Origin: Macrostomum lignano
Taxonomy: Eukaryota
Direction of reading: 5' to 3'
Length of the DNA stretch: 64,000 nucleotides
NCBI GenBank assembly: GCA_002269645.1
Contig: NIVC01001087.1
Location: 1 to 64,000, forward strand
The notes beneath the pieces were generated by a model. The model searched no databases, was not told where the DNA came from, and worked only from the letters and a program-made list of their open reading frames with translations. This document shows, piece after piece, positions 13,470 through 26,021 of this stretch. How positions within the stretch are numbered: position 1 is the stretch's first letter; each line of letters starts with the position of its first letter. The position numbers were made by a program, and so were the translations under genes.

Positions 13470-14462
13470 CGAGGGGTGTCCAAAAAGTAGTGATACTTTT
13501 AACCGTAGCTCTCGTTCTGTAGCTTCCTGTGATTTAAAATTTTATGAACTGATAGCGGAAAATCTCTTCTACAGACTGCTTTTTGAATTTTTAAAATTGA
13601 TACTAGAGAACAAAAGTTATACCCACGAAAGTAACAGTACCTGTACCATAGAGTTACACAAATTATATCGAAATTTATAGTAGTTGACTTCTGCACTCAT
13701 TCATTAAGAAGGCATCGATAAATGTCTTGTTTAAGCAATACCAAACCCCAATTGCAAAATGTTGCTCACTGTGACTGACTGAAATTTATCTATGGACGGG
13801 ATCAGGCGCAGAAAAATAAAGCATTAAATGCATTACTTTACTTGCAAACAGAGGATCGCTTGCATTTTGCGATTCGTTCATGATTTCATTGCCCATACTC
13901 GACAACACACATGAATGTGCACTCAGTTGTTGCTCAGCAAAGTACTATCTTCACTCTTTGGGGCGCTGGCCATGGTGCCTCAGAAATTCACGCAAAACTT
14001 TGCTCTGCGCACGGATCCTCTGCGGTCAGCAAAATGACAGTTTATCGATGGATGGAGCAGTTCAGCGAGGGAAGGATTGACTTGGCAGATCAGCATTGGA
14101 CGGGGCGGCCATACGTTCATCGACCTGATGTACTGGCGGACTCCATTCTGAATCTTCTTGACGAGGACTCCGAATGACCATTAGAGAGATCGCTGACAGG
14201 TTGGACAAGCCGAAATCAACAATTCATCGAAGCTTACTCGGCATGGATCTCGTGAAGCTCAGCCTATAATTTGTGTAACTCTATGGTACAGGTACTGTTA
14301 CTTTTGTGGGTATAACTTTTGTTCTCTGGGATCAATTTTAAAAATTCAAAAAGCAGTCTGTAGAAGAGATTTTCCGCTATCAGTTCATAAAATTTTAAAT
14401 CACAGGAAGCTACAGAACGAGAGCTACGGTTAAAAGTATCACTACTTTTTGGACACCCCTCG
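13470..14462 (+). mobile_element. Internally deleted Tc1/mariner (mariner-type) DNA transposon
   Basis: 198-bp TIRs (13470-13667 and 14265-14462, 3 mismatches seen) starting CGAGGGGTGTCCAAAAAG, with TA duplication at both ends. The interior encodes the mariner N-terminal HTH (IHAKLCSAHGSSAVSKMTVYRW...GRP) and, after a frameshift, the second HTH (MTIREIADRLDKPKSTIHR). No DD34D domain. Confidence 0.95.
13911..14264 (+). pseudogene. Truncated, frameshifted mariner transposase (DNA-binding region only)
   Basis: ORF 13911-14177 plus +1 frame continuation RMTIREIADRLDKPKSTIHRSLLGMDLVKLS, cut off by the right TIR. Confidence 0.88.
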
Positions 14463-15086
<624 letters not shown>

Positions 15087-15644
15087 ATAGAAGATAAAAT
15101 ACCCATAACTTACCTCAACGTTGTTCAGTCTTCATTTTATCGGTCTGAGAGATACTTCAACTAAAACTTTAACTGAAGGTTGCTATTCATTTAATGGAAA
15201 CAGATGCAGTGCATTAAAATGCTGTTTGAATTAAGCTCTATATCCAATAAATAACTATCCTATTTCTGAAGCAGTTGGTCTTTCCACCGAAAGCTACCAA
15301 AATATAGCGCACACTGGCTCCTTTACTGAGTCTGAGGCTTGCACATTGGTGGCGCTTGTGCGGGCAGGCTTGAACTCCATATATGTTGGATTCTTTGTTA
15401 TATGGCTCTGTGTTGCTGTCTTATGCGGCCCTCACGATAAACACGCGGATGGGACCACAGCAAGGGAGGGTTTGCCGTAGTTAGCTGGTTGGCTGGGTGT
15501 TGGCTGGGGACAAGGACTGCTTTTGAACTTGCAACTTGGATGAGAAACTCTGCCAGGAAAAAATTCACGGCTTTTTCCTGCTTTTTATCCTATAAGCTGC
15601 AAGAAGTTGTTTGCTATTTAAATTTACACTGCTCGAAGATTACT

Positions 15645-16640
15645 CTCTCTCTCTCCCCGATGCTCTCCTCCATCCGCTCTCCCCGATTCTCAGCTCCATC
15701 CGCTCTCTGCCTCTCTCCCTCCCCGATTCTCTCCTCCATCCGCCCTCTCCCTCTCTCCCTCCCCGTTTCTCTCCTCCATCCGCCCTCTCCCTCTCTCCCT
15801 CCCCGATTCTCTCCTCCATCCGCTCTCTCCCTCTCTCTTTCTCCGATTCTCTCCTCCATCCGCTCTCTCCCCCTCTCTTTCTCCGATTCTCTCCTCCATC
15901 CGCTCTCTCCCTTCCCCTTCCCGATTCTCTCCTCCATCCGCCCTCTCCTTCTCTCTTTCTCCGATTCTCTCCTCCATCCGCCCTCTCCCTCTCTCTTTCT
16001 CCGATTCTCTCCTCCATCCGCCCTCTCCCCCTCTCTTTCTCCGATTCTCTCCTCCATCCGCTCTCTCCCTTCCCCTTCCCGATTCTCTCCTCCATCCGCC
16101 CTCTCCTTCTCTCTTTCTCCGATTCTCTCCTCCATCCGCCCTCTCCCCCTCTCTTTCTCCGATTCTCTCCTCCATCCGCCCTCTCCCTCTCTCTTTCTCC
16201 GATTCTCTCCTCCATCCGCCCTCTCCCTCCCCCTCCCCGATTCTCTCCTCCATCCGCCCTCTCCCTCCCCCTCCCCGATTCTCTCCTCCATCCGCCCTCT
16301 CCCCCTCTCTTTCTCCGATTCTCTCCTCCATCCGCTCTCTCCCTTCCCCTTCCCGATTCTCTCCTCCATCCGCCCTCTCCTTCTCTCTTTCTCCGATTCT
16401 CTCCTCCATCCGCCCTCTCCCTCTCTCTTTCTCCGATTCTCTCCTCCATCCGCCCTCTCCCTCTCTCTTTCTCCGATTCTCTCCTCCATCCGCCCTCTCC
16501 CTCCCCCTCCCCGATTCTCTCCTCCATCCGCCCTCTCCCTCCCCCTCCCCGATTCTCTCCTCCATCCGCCCTCTCCCTCCCCCTTCCCGATTCTCTCCTC
16601 CATCCGCTCTCTCCCTCTCCCTGTCTCTCTTTCCCTCCCC
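15645..16640. repeat. Pyrimidine-rich ~37-39 bp minisatellite (CCGATTCTCTCCTCCATCCGCCCTCTCCCTCTCTCTTTCT)
   Basis: About 25 copies. Confidence 0.95.
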
Positions 16641-17264
16641 GATCCTTTCATCATCTTGCTCGTCAATCTATTATTCTAGTCATCTGAAACGTTCCACTCC
16701 AAATTCTATCGGTAGAAGTCCACGAATATTGGTGCGTGTTCGAGCGTGTGTGCGACCCCCAAGTCGCCCACGAATCTCCATCCCCCAGCCGTCCCCTCCA
16801 AAAAAGTCAGTCCCCTCCTGTCCAGCCGCTGGGGTCTCCACCTCGGTCACAGTGGGGAATACAGAAAATGATTTTCATCCCAGCTTAAGTCCCAAACCGC
16901 CTCCCCCTATCTGACTGGTCTGAACCTGGACTTGAAGTCGAGAGAGCCCGCACCCCTGCGTATCGCGCGCTTTTTTTTAGTTTAACCTCGCCGAATCGCG
17001 AAGGAAAAGAGGAAAGAAATCTGTTTTACTCAGTTATTCCCATAGGCAGGGTTTGGCGACCCTGTAGTCTTTGCTTGGGGTTCGAATGCATAGAAAATAA
17101 TCAGCCAAGCATTTCCTGACGGCTTAACTGGAGCGGAACGCTTTCAATGTATTATGCGCGTATGGATTCCCGGCAGAAGTGCAGTCTAGCACTGCTATTT
17201 TTGAGTTAGGCTTCCGTCTGGATATAAATTATTCTCCTTTCAAAAGAGGCTCAAGGAGACCGGA

Positions 17265-18602
17265 AAGAGATCAGAGAGATCGGAGAGATCAGAGAGATCA
17301 GAGAGATCAGAGAGATCAGAGAGATCAGAGAGATCAGAGAGATCAGAGAGATCAGAGAGATCAGAGAGATCAGAGAGAGATCAGAGAGATCCGAGAGATC
17401 AGAGAGATCAGAGAGATCAGAGAGAGATCAAAGAGAGATCAGACAGAGATCACAGAGAGATCAGACAGAGATCACAGAGAGATCAGAGAGATCAGAGAGA
17501 GATCAGAGAGATCCGAGAGATCAGAGAGATCAGAGAGATCAGAGAGAGATCAGAGAGAGATCAGAGAGAGATCAGAGAGATCAGAGAGACATCAGAGACA
17601 CCAGAGAGAGAGATCAGAGAGAGATCAGAGAGATCAGAGAGACATCAGAGACACCAGAGAGAGATCAGAGAGATCAGAGAGACATCAGAGACACCAGAGA
17701 GAGAGATCAGAGAGAGATCAGAGAGATCAGAGAGACATCAGAGACACCAGAGAGAGAGATCAGAGAGGGATCAGAGAGATCAGAGAGACATCAGAGACAC
17801 CAGAGAGAGATCAGAGAGGGATCAGAGAGATCGGAGAGATCAGAGAGAGATCAAAGAGAGATCAGACAGAGATCACAGAGAGATCAGACAGAGATCACAG
17901 AGAGATCAGAGAGAGATCAGACAGAGATCACAGAGAGATCAGAGAGAGATCAGACAGAGATCACAGAGAGATCAGAGAGAGATCAGACAGAGATCACAGA
18001 GAGATCACAGAGAGATCAGAGAGAGATCAGACAGAGATCACAGAGAGATCACAGAGAGATCAGAGAGAGATCAGACAGAGATCACAGAGAGATCACAGAG
18101 AGATCAGAGAGAGATCAGACAGAGATCACAGAGAGATCACAGAGAGATCAGAAAGACATCAGAGACACCAGAGAGAGAGATCAGAGAGGGATCAGAGAGA
18201 TCAGAGAGACATCAGAGACACCAGAGAGAGATCAGAGAGAGATCAGAGACACCAGAGAGAGAGATCAGAGAGGGATCAGAGAGATCAGAGAGACATCAGA
18301 GACACCAGAGAGAGATCAGAGAGAGATCAGAGACACCAGAGAGAGATCAGAGAGACATCAGAGACACCAGAGAGAGATCAGAGACACCAGAGAGAGATCA
18401 GAGAGAGATCAGAGAGAGATCAGAGACATCAGAGAGAGATCAGAGAGAGATCAGAGACATCAGAGAGATCAGAGAGATCAGAGAGACATCAGAGACACCA
18501 GAGAGAGATCAGAGACACCAGAGAGAGATCAGAGAGAGATCAGAGACATCAGAGAGAGATCAGAGAGAGATCAGAGACATCAGAGAGATCAGAGAGATCA
18601 GA
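17265..18602. repeat. GAGATCAGA-based 9-11 bp minisatellite with composite blocks
   Basis: Direct. Confidence 0.95.
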
Positions 18603-19334
18603 AAATTTCTCCTGACTCCTGATTCGAGCCTCAGACTCCTGGAGAAGCCAATACTTCAATGCCTCATAGATCAGCACACTTCACTGAAGAGCAAGTCCGC
18701 AGGAAAAGTTCGTTACGAGCTAAAAAATATTTGTCGTATTCACACACGTTGCGTGACATCAATCTCCAGGGCCTCCATCTCTCTCTTATTTTTCGATTTG
18801 CTAGCTACGGGACAGTTTCTGCCTCCAAAATCCGTTAGCTCGTTCCCCTCTCCCTCTTCTACTTTTCGTACACACATTTGTACTTTTCCATTTCGACCAG
18901 CAGTTTCGGTGCCAAAGCCGCCTGCAAATACGATCCAGATGTCTCGTAGCCTTTTTTGCGTTTTGGTTGGGGGCTGGAAAGCAGATATTAATAGAGGAAA
19001 GCAGATAGCAGGGGGAGGACGGAAACCAAGCATAGTAACAGCGTAATTGGTCTGCCTTAACCGCAGAAATTGGCCTCTGTTGGTTGGAAATGTTTTTGCT
19101 GCTACTCGCCGGGTCAAATTGTGGGACTGCACGAATAGGGACTGCAAAAATTTGTGCTGACTTTCTTGATTGATTTGTTTCAATTTGCTTCTTTGTTGAG
19201 TCTGTCCACTTCAAATCCATTGGACTTGCTTCATCATTCCCTGTCCACCTGTCTGCCGCTCGATCTACCCAATCTATTCCTGGATCTACCCAACCTACAC
19301 CTTACTCTACCCAATCAACCCATCCATTTTCTGC

Positions 19335-20045
19335 CTACCCGTGGATCCATCTAATCTCCTTCTCGATCTAACCCCTCGATCTACCCAATCTACCCCTCGT
19401 TCTAACCAATCTACCCCTCGATCTAACCAATCTGCCCCTCGATTTAACCAATATGCCCCTCGATTTAACCAATCTACCCCTCGATCTACCCAATCTACCC
19501 CTCGATCTACCCAATCTACCCCTCGATCTAACCAATCTACCCCTCGATCTACCCAATCTACCCCTCGATCTAACCAATCTACCCCTCGATATACCCAATC
19601 TACCCCTCGATCTACCCAATCTACCCCTCGATCTAACCAATCTACCCCTCGATCTACCCAATCTACCCCTCGATCTAACCAATCTACCCCTCGATCTACC
19701 CAATCTACCCCTCGATCTAACCAATCTACCCCTCGATCTAACCAATCTACCCCTCGATTTAACCAATCTACCCCTCGATCTACCCAATCTACCCCTCGAT
19801 CTACCCAATCTACCCCTCGATCTACCCAATCTACCCCTCGATCTACCCAATCTACCCCTCGATCTAACCAATCTACCCCTCGATCTACCCAATCTACCCC
19901 TCGATCTAACCAATCTACCCCTCGATCTAACCAATATACCCCTCGATCTAACCAATCTACCCCTCGATCTACCCAATCTACCCCTCAATCTACCTAATCT
20001 ACCCCTCGATCTACCCAATCTACCCCTTGATCTACTCAATCTACC
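19335..20045. repeat. 21-bp minisatellite (AATCTACCCCTCGATCTACCC)
   Basis: About 33 copies. Confidence 0.96.
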
Positions 20046-20529
20046 CTCAATTTGTACAAAATCTTCGCATCTGCCTTGAAATATAAAAATAGTAAGGCAG
20101 TACCAGACGTCTTGGCTTCACAGATTTTAAAAGTACAACTGGTACATTTTTTCTTGCGTTCAGTAGCTAAGTCAGCAAATTCTTTCAAGGAATCTTCGGG
20201 CACTGCTTGCGTGTACATTTCGGTTTAGAAACCCTTGTTAAACTCGAAAAAAAACCTTTTCACTTTGTCCCTCGTCCCAGAAACCGGTCTGAAAAGCTTT
20301 CAGCGGACCAGTAATGCCCCGATACGGTATGCGTATTGCTTTCTTTTTTTCCGACCAGAAAAAAATTCACAAGTTATGTGATGATTTTGCTCCGAAAAAA
20401 TGGGTCACCGCGATTCATTGACCTTTCTTTGCCTGAGGTTTTATTAAAATCATAAAGCTCCTGCCTTTGTACTTATTACGAGTAGTAGTATCCTAAGTGC
20501 ATGAAATGATTTGTCTCTTTTAACACCCT

Positions 20530-21405
20530 CTGTCTTCTTCATCACCCCCACTGTCTTCTTCATCACCCCACTGTCTTCTTCATCACCCCACTGTCTTCTT
20601 CATCACCCTCACTGTCTTCTTCATCACCCCACTGTCTTCTTCATCACCCCCACTGTCTTCTTCATCACCCTCACTGTCTTCTTCATCACCCTCACTGTCT
20701 TCTTCATCACCCCCACTGTCTTCTTCATCACCCTCACTGTCTTCTTCATCACCCTCACTGTCTTCTTCATCACCCCCACTGTCTTATTCATCACCCCACT
20801 GTCTTCTCCATCACTCCCACTGTCTTCTTCATCACCCTCACTGTCTTCTTCATCACCCCCACTGTCTTCTCCATCACCCCCACTGTCTTCTTCATCACCC
20901 TCACTGTCTTCTTCATCACCCTCACTGTCTTCTCCATCACCCCACTGTCTTCTTCATCACCCTCACTGTCTTCTTCATCACCCCACTGTCTTCTTCATCA
21001 CCCCCACTGTCTTCTTCATCACCCCCACTGTCTTCTCCATCACCCCCACTGTCTTCTTCATCACCCTCACTGTCTTCTTCATCACCCTCACTGTCTTCTT
21101 CATCACCCTCACTGTCTTCTTCATCACCCTCACTGTCTTCTTCATCACCCTCACTGTCTTCTTCATCACCCTCACTGTCTTCTTCATCAACCTCACTGTC
21201 TTCTTCATCACCCCACTGTCTTCTTCATCACCCCCACTGTCTTCTTCATCACCCTCACTGTCTTCTTCATCACCCCCACTGTCTTCTTCATCACCCCACT
21301 GTCTTCTTCATCACCCTCACTGTCTTCTTCATCACCCCCACTGTCTTCTTCATCACCCCCACTGTCTTCTTCATCACCCTCACTGTCTCCTTCATCACCC
21401 CACTG
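20530..21405. repeat. 20/21-bp minisatellite (CTGTCTTCTTCATCACCCTCA)
   Basis: About 40 copies, ending about 350 bp upstream of the channel ATG. Confidence 0.96.
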
Positions 21406-21752
21406 TTTCCCTCGTCACAACACTGACCCCTGATATTCCAGTGCCTTCTCCCTCCCATGCAAGCAATGTCGCTTTAATTCTAATATCAAAGTCTGTCTCA
21501 GTGCGCGTACGATTACCTCCCCTCACTTGGGATACTATCAGTGCCCCTGGCTTCTTTTCTGACATTTAGAAGTACCTGAATAATCCGAGCAGCAATCAAA
21601 AGAACTTAGATAAGGCTCCCCGAAAGGATGATGTAAATCCAGAATCCAATCAATTTCTGGTCTCGAAGCTGCTGATAAAGCAACGATTCTGAAGAAGTTC
21701 CCCAATTCCAGACACTGTCCTATTGCTCTGTAGCATAATTTTACATTCCCCA

Positions 21753-23663
21753 ATGTCAAAAATACCACGAAGTTTCAACCGCGTCGCTCCACTGCTGATG
21801 GACAGTCAGCAGCCAAGGATAATTTGGCAGCCGGGGCATTTCCGGCCCGAGATGATGGAGCTTCTGTACACGAAGCACTATGAAGAGTTTGTCGTCAGGA
21901 TGGAGAAGCTGACCTCGCATCAACTAATAATCTTATTGAGTCCGTCTGCTTCATCATTGCTCACCTACTCGCTCAGCAGTCCGTTGAGAGTCGCCGACAC
22001 GCCTCATCAGCTAGAAAGCCTTTCTGTAACGCCCATGCTGGAACTGTTCATCACAGGAAACCTCCAGGTGGTGTCCGCAGCCGTGGAGCTGCTATCCAAA
22101 TCGCCCGCAGTTGACGCCTGTCGAGTTCTGAGGCCGACCCTCTTCCAACTGGTGGACTTCTGCAGCTGCTGCTGCTGCAACAGGAACTCTTCCGACAGTT
22201 TTGACGATAGAGACAGTTTCGAGTCTGAGCAGGTTGAGTTAAAATTAGCCGAGCTGTTCGCTCAGCTGGCTGCAATTCAGCCCAGCCGGTGCCTGGAGAT
22301 GCTCAACCAGGAGGCGACGACAAGCCGCCTGCGACCGGTGGAGTACGCGGCGCTGTGGCGCAAATTCCACCTGGCCAGAGTCTACCTGGAGGCGCCTGGC
22401 TACGTGAGGACTGTTGTTAAGTCCGAACGAGTTGCCATTGAAGAGTTCGACTTGACTCCCTACCACTGGGCCGGCGGGCCGCGGATGAGCAAGTCGCCGT
22501 TTCTATACTTCGCCATGGCGAACGAGAAGGCCGCCAAGGACAGGCGGATTCCGGGCAGTTGGCGCAACTTCTACCACAGCCCAGCGGCCCAGGCCTACTT
22601 CAACGCAATGGGGGAGTGGACGCTGAAGTCGAAGCACGCATTCGCGCAGATTTTCCTCATGATTCTTTGCTATTTTCTCAACGTGCTCACTCTGACGGCC
22701 AGAGTGTTCACTAGAGGAGAGTTCAATTCGAGCAATATAGCTCAGGTTGCCGGGCTAAATGAGACGCACGTGCTGTACCTGACCCAAATGCCTCAGGCTG
22801 CTCTATCGGCTATGCGCGGTCTGTTCTACGCGCGATTCGCTCTGCAACTCGTATTCTTGTTTATCTTTATAATCTTCCTAGCGGTGTCCTTCTACACCAA
22901 CCGTCTGCTGCCACCAACAGTGCGTCGAAATTGGTTGCTGCTCCAGTGGATTGCTAGCGTGATGACGTTGAGCAACGCCACCGACAGCCTGATATCTGGC
23001 AGTCTCCTCTTTCACCTGCTGATGATGTTCATAGAGGCGATGTTCATCTACACTGATTACTTCTACACAGTTGAGAACGGACAGCTGTACATTTCTGCCG
23101 ACTCGTTGAAGTTCATGTACACCTTTTTGATGCTCATACTGCAGCAGGTTCTCATCCTAGCTGTCAGCTGCTTGTCTTACTACTATGAACTATTTGCTCA
23201 CATCCTCATCGGTATGCAGCAGTCTATCAAGATCCTCTACATGAGCTTCTTTCCCGTGTTCCTATTCAGCCTCACCGTGCTAATCTGCTATCCTTATGTG
23301 CCGCGGGACGCCAGCTTTGTCTCCATATTAGCTGAGTACCTCGCATCGGCTTGTCGGTTCATTTTCGGTCAGGCTGATTTTGTGGGCTCCGGCGCCACAC
23401 TGCTGGTCTGGGTGCAGCCAGTTTACTATGTGTTTATCGCCGTGTTTCTATTGAACTTCTGCGTGGCCCTCATCACACAGAAGATATCCGAACTGGACGA
23501 GAACATTGTCTATCGTCAGAAGATGCAGCTGCTTGGCTACTGGCATCTGCACTGTCTGGCAATCAGCATTGTCAGGAAGCGGCTGTGTCGGTTGAAGCAG
23601 AGACCAACTTTGCTGGTAAAGAAGGCGAGAACGAGGATTGGCGTTCGCAACGTGATTGTATAA
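21753..23663 (+). CDS. Intronless divergent TRP (TRPV-like) cation channel, ~636 aa
   Basis: Uninterrupted non-repetitive ORF; first ATG is MSKIP at 21753. About six hydrophobic helices in the C-terminal half. Linker EEFDLT resembles TRPV LYDLTE; S4-S5 YYYELFAHILIGMQQSI resembles [20 protein letters not shown]; pore-like RFIFGQADF; S6 VFIAVFLLNFCVALIT resembles IATLLMLNLLIAMM. Confidence 0.72.
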   Translation: MSKIPRSFNRVAPLLMDSQQPRIIWQPGHFRPEMMELLYTKHYEEFVVRMEKLTSHQLIILLSPSASSLLTYSLSSPLRVADTPHQLESLSVTPMLELFITGNLQVVSAAVELLSKSPAVDACRVLRPTLFQLVDFCSCCCCNRNSSDSFDDRDSFESEQVELKLAELFAQLAAIQPSRCLEMLNQEATTSRLRPVEYAALWRKFHLARVYLEAPGYVRTVVKSERVAIEEFDLTPYHWAGGPRMSKSPFLYFAMANEKAAKDRRIPGSWRNFYHSPAAQAYFNAMGEWTLKSKHAFAQIFLMILCYFLNVLTLTARVFTRGEFNSSNIAQVAGLNETHVLYLTQMPQAALSAMRGLFYARFALQLVFLFIFIIFLAVSFYTNRLLPPTVRRNWLLLQWIASVMTLSNATDSLISGSLLFHLLMMFIEAMFIYTDYFYTVENGQLYISADSLKFMYTFLMLILQQVLILAVSCLSYYYELFAHILIGMQQSIKILYMSFFPVFLFSLTVLICYPYVPRDASFVSILAEYLASACRFIFGQADFVGSGATLLVWVQPVYYVFIAVFLLNFCVALITQKISELDENIVYRQKMQLLGYWHLHCLAISIVRKRLCRLKQRPTLLVKKARTRIGVRNVIV

Positions 23664-23811
23664 TTTTTAAATATTCCACGTCAACTCCTTGAGTTTTAAT
23701 AACTTAGAATACTTTTTCCTGTTTGCGTGCTGCAATTCATTACGGTAGATTGCTACTAGAAGTAGTTTAACGCACAAGCTTTTCCACTCCAAAAGTTTGC
23801 CAATTTTATAT

Positions 23812-24028
23812 GTCAACATCCTTGATCTCCGATGTGCATGTAGCCATGTAAACATCCTTGATCTCCGATGTGCATGTAGCCATGTAAACATCCTTGATCT
23901 CCGATGTGCATGTAGCCATGTAAACATCCTTGATCTCCGATGTGCATGTAGCCATGTTAACATCCTTGATCTCCCATGTGCATGTAGCCATGTAAACATC
24001 CTTGATCTCCCATGTGCATGTAGCCATG
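23812..24028. repeat. 36-bp minisatellite x6 (AACATCCTTGATCTCCGATGTGCATGTAGCCATGTA)
   Basis: Head-to-tail copies with no spacers, in the probable 3' flank of the channel gene. Confidence 0.95.
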
Positions 24029-24341
24029 TCATGCCACTGTAATGGCTTCTTTCTTCATTCTTCATTTACTACACTTACATGTACGTGCCTATGCTAATAG
24101 GTTTGATAATTCTTCTCTCTCTCTCCGAGCATAGAAATCCCAGTTGTAGATGTAATCAGTTTCGCTCTCGCGTACGCGTGTACTCAGGCGTATCATGCTC
24201 AATGTACATCCGCTAGCGTACATCGTAATATCAAATAAAAAATAACTCGGATGGCTTTAGCTAATTCGTGATTTCCTGGACCAGCTCAAACCTGCCTTCT
24301 GCTTAGTTTACATTGGTGTGAAGGCGTGCAGACGATGCTAC

Positions 24342-25245
24342 CACCATTGAGCACATTGGAGTCTCAGAAACCACCATTGAGCCCATTGGAATCTCAGAAA
24401 CCACCATTGAGCCCATTGGAGTCTCAGAAACCACCATTGAGCACATTGGAGTCTCAGAAACCACCATTGAGCCCATTGGAGTCTCAGAAACCACCATTGA
24501 GCACATTGGAGTCTCAGAAACTACCATTGAGCTCATTGGAATCTCAGAAACTACCATTGAGCCCATTGGAGTCTCAGAAACCACCATTGAGCCCATTGGA
24601 ATCTCAGAAACCACCATTGAGCCCATTGGAATCTCAGAAACCACCATTGAGCCCATTGGAATCTCAGAAACCACCATTGAGCCCATTGGAGTCTCAGAAA
24701 CCACCATTGAGCACATTGGAGTCTCAGAAACCACCATTGAGCCCATTGGAGTCTCAGAAACCACCATTGAGCACATTGGAGTCTCAGAAACTACCATTGA
24801 GCTCATTGGAATCTCAGAAACTACCATTGAGCCCATTGGAGTCTCAGAAACCACCATTGAGCCCATTGGAATCTCAGAAACCACCATTGAGCCCATTGGA
24901 ATCTCAGAAACCACCATTGAGCCCATTGGAATCTCAGAAACCACCATTGAGCCCATTAGAATCTCAGAAACCACTATTGAGCCCATTAGAATCTCAGAAA
25001 CTACCATTGAGCTCATTGGAATCTCAGAAACCACTATTGAGCCCAATAGAAGCTCAGAAACTACCATTGAGCCCATTAGAATCTCAGAAACTACCATTGA
25101 GCTCATTGGAATCTCAGAAACTACCATTGAGCCCATTGGAATCTCAGAAACCACCATTGAGCCCATTGGAATCTCAGAAACCACCATTGAGCCCATTGGA
25201 ATCTCAGAAACCACCATTGAGCCCATTGGAATCTCAGAAACCACC
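24342..25245. repeat. 30-bp minisatellite x~30 (GAGCCCATTGGAATCTCAGAAACCACCATT)
   Basis: Direct. Confidence 0.97.
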
Positions 25246-26021
25246 CTGCAGCATATCATTATAATTGTTTCTCTACCAGTGAATCTCTTTTTGCCGCAGT
25301 AATTTATTCCATAAAGCTATACGTGAGCATACGGACTCAGTTTTTAGCCAATCGAAAGCTTTGGCGGGAAGACGCAGCACACAGCAGGAGAAGACGGGAG
25401 GGTGAGAAAGTCAGTGAAGAGAAGAACCTCTAGCTGACAAATCTGGGTCGCTCTGGGCATATCTTCCCAGATGGGGTGGTTTATGACGGCCATATATCCC
25501 CAGAACGCGCATGGCTGTCTTCCCGCATCCTCAATTCTCACTTTTCCCCATCCCAAACTCCTGCCGCCTGCGAAGAAGAGGGAACAGATCCGCCTCATCT
25601 TTTTTAGTTAATTTTTCATTCCTTCCCCATTTTTGAGGGCAGAAATTGTGAGAACTTTTCTCTAACCTACACGATTTGCCTCTGCTCTGGCCTCCTGTCC
25701 TTTGCGTGTTTCACCGCCGATAGCAAAGAGTGCAAAGCGCATTTGGTACGTCAATTAGCTCAAGCGACTCAAGCTAGAGAAATGTACTAAAGACAAAAAT
25801 ATCGTTCGTTGCGAGGAACAGACTGGTGGAAACAAACAAGGTTAATTTGGCTAAAACGGTAGCATCAAGGTACTCGTAGGAATGACAGAGAATTGCAAAA
25901 AGTTGAAAGAACTACTCATATATTAATCACTCTGAGGCTGCGAACGTTGAGAGAAGAAAAAACAAAAGACACAGACGCTACGAAAGACACTGAAACAGGC
26001 AAAAAAGACAGACAGGCAGTC

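Noticed and set aside
17050-17095. GGTTCGAAT B-box-like motif suggesting a tRNA or SINE
   Set aside because: No A-box at proper spacing and no cloverleaf could be folded.
18740-20218. Decayed coding-like fragments on the minus strand flanking the 21-bp array (QRPISAVKADQLRCYY; ERKKKCTSC)
   Set aside because: They could be transposase debris, but no catalytic motif, TIR or TSD could be identified.
23812-25245. 36-bp and 30-bp repeat arrays resembling CRISPR repeat lengths (also the 43-bp array at 36976)
   Set aside because: Units are head-to-tail with no unique spacers, there are no cas genes, and the context is eukaryotic.
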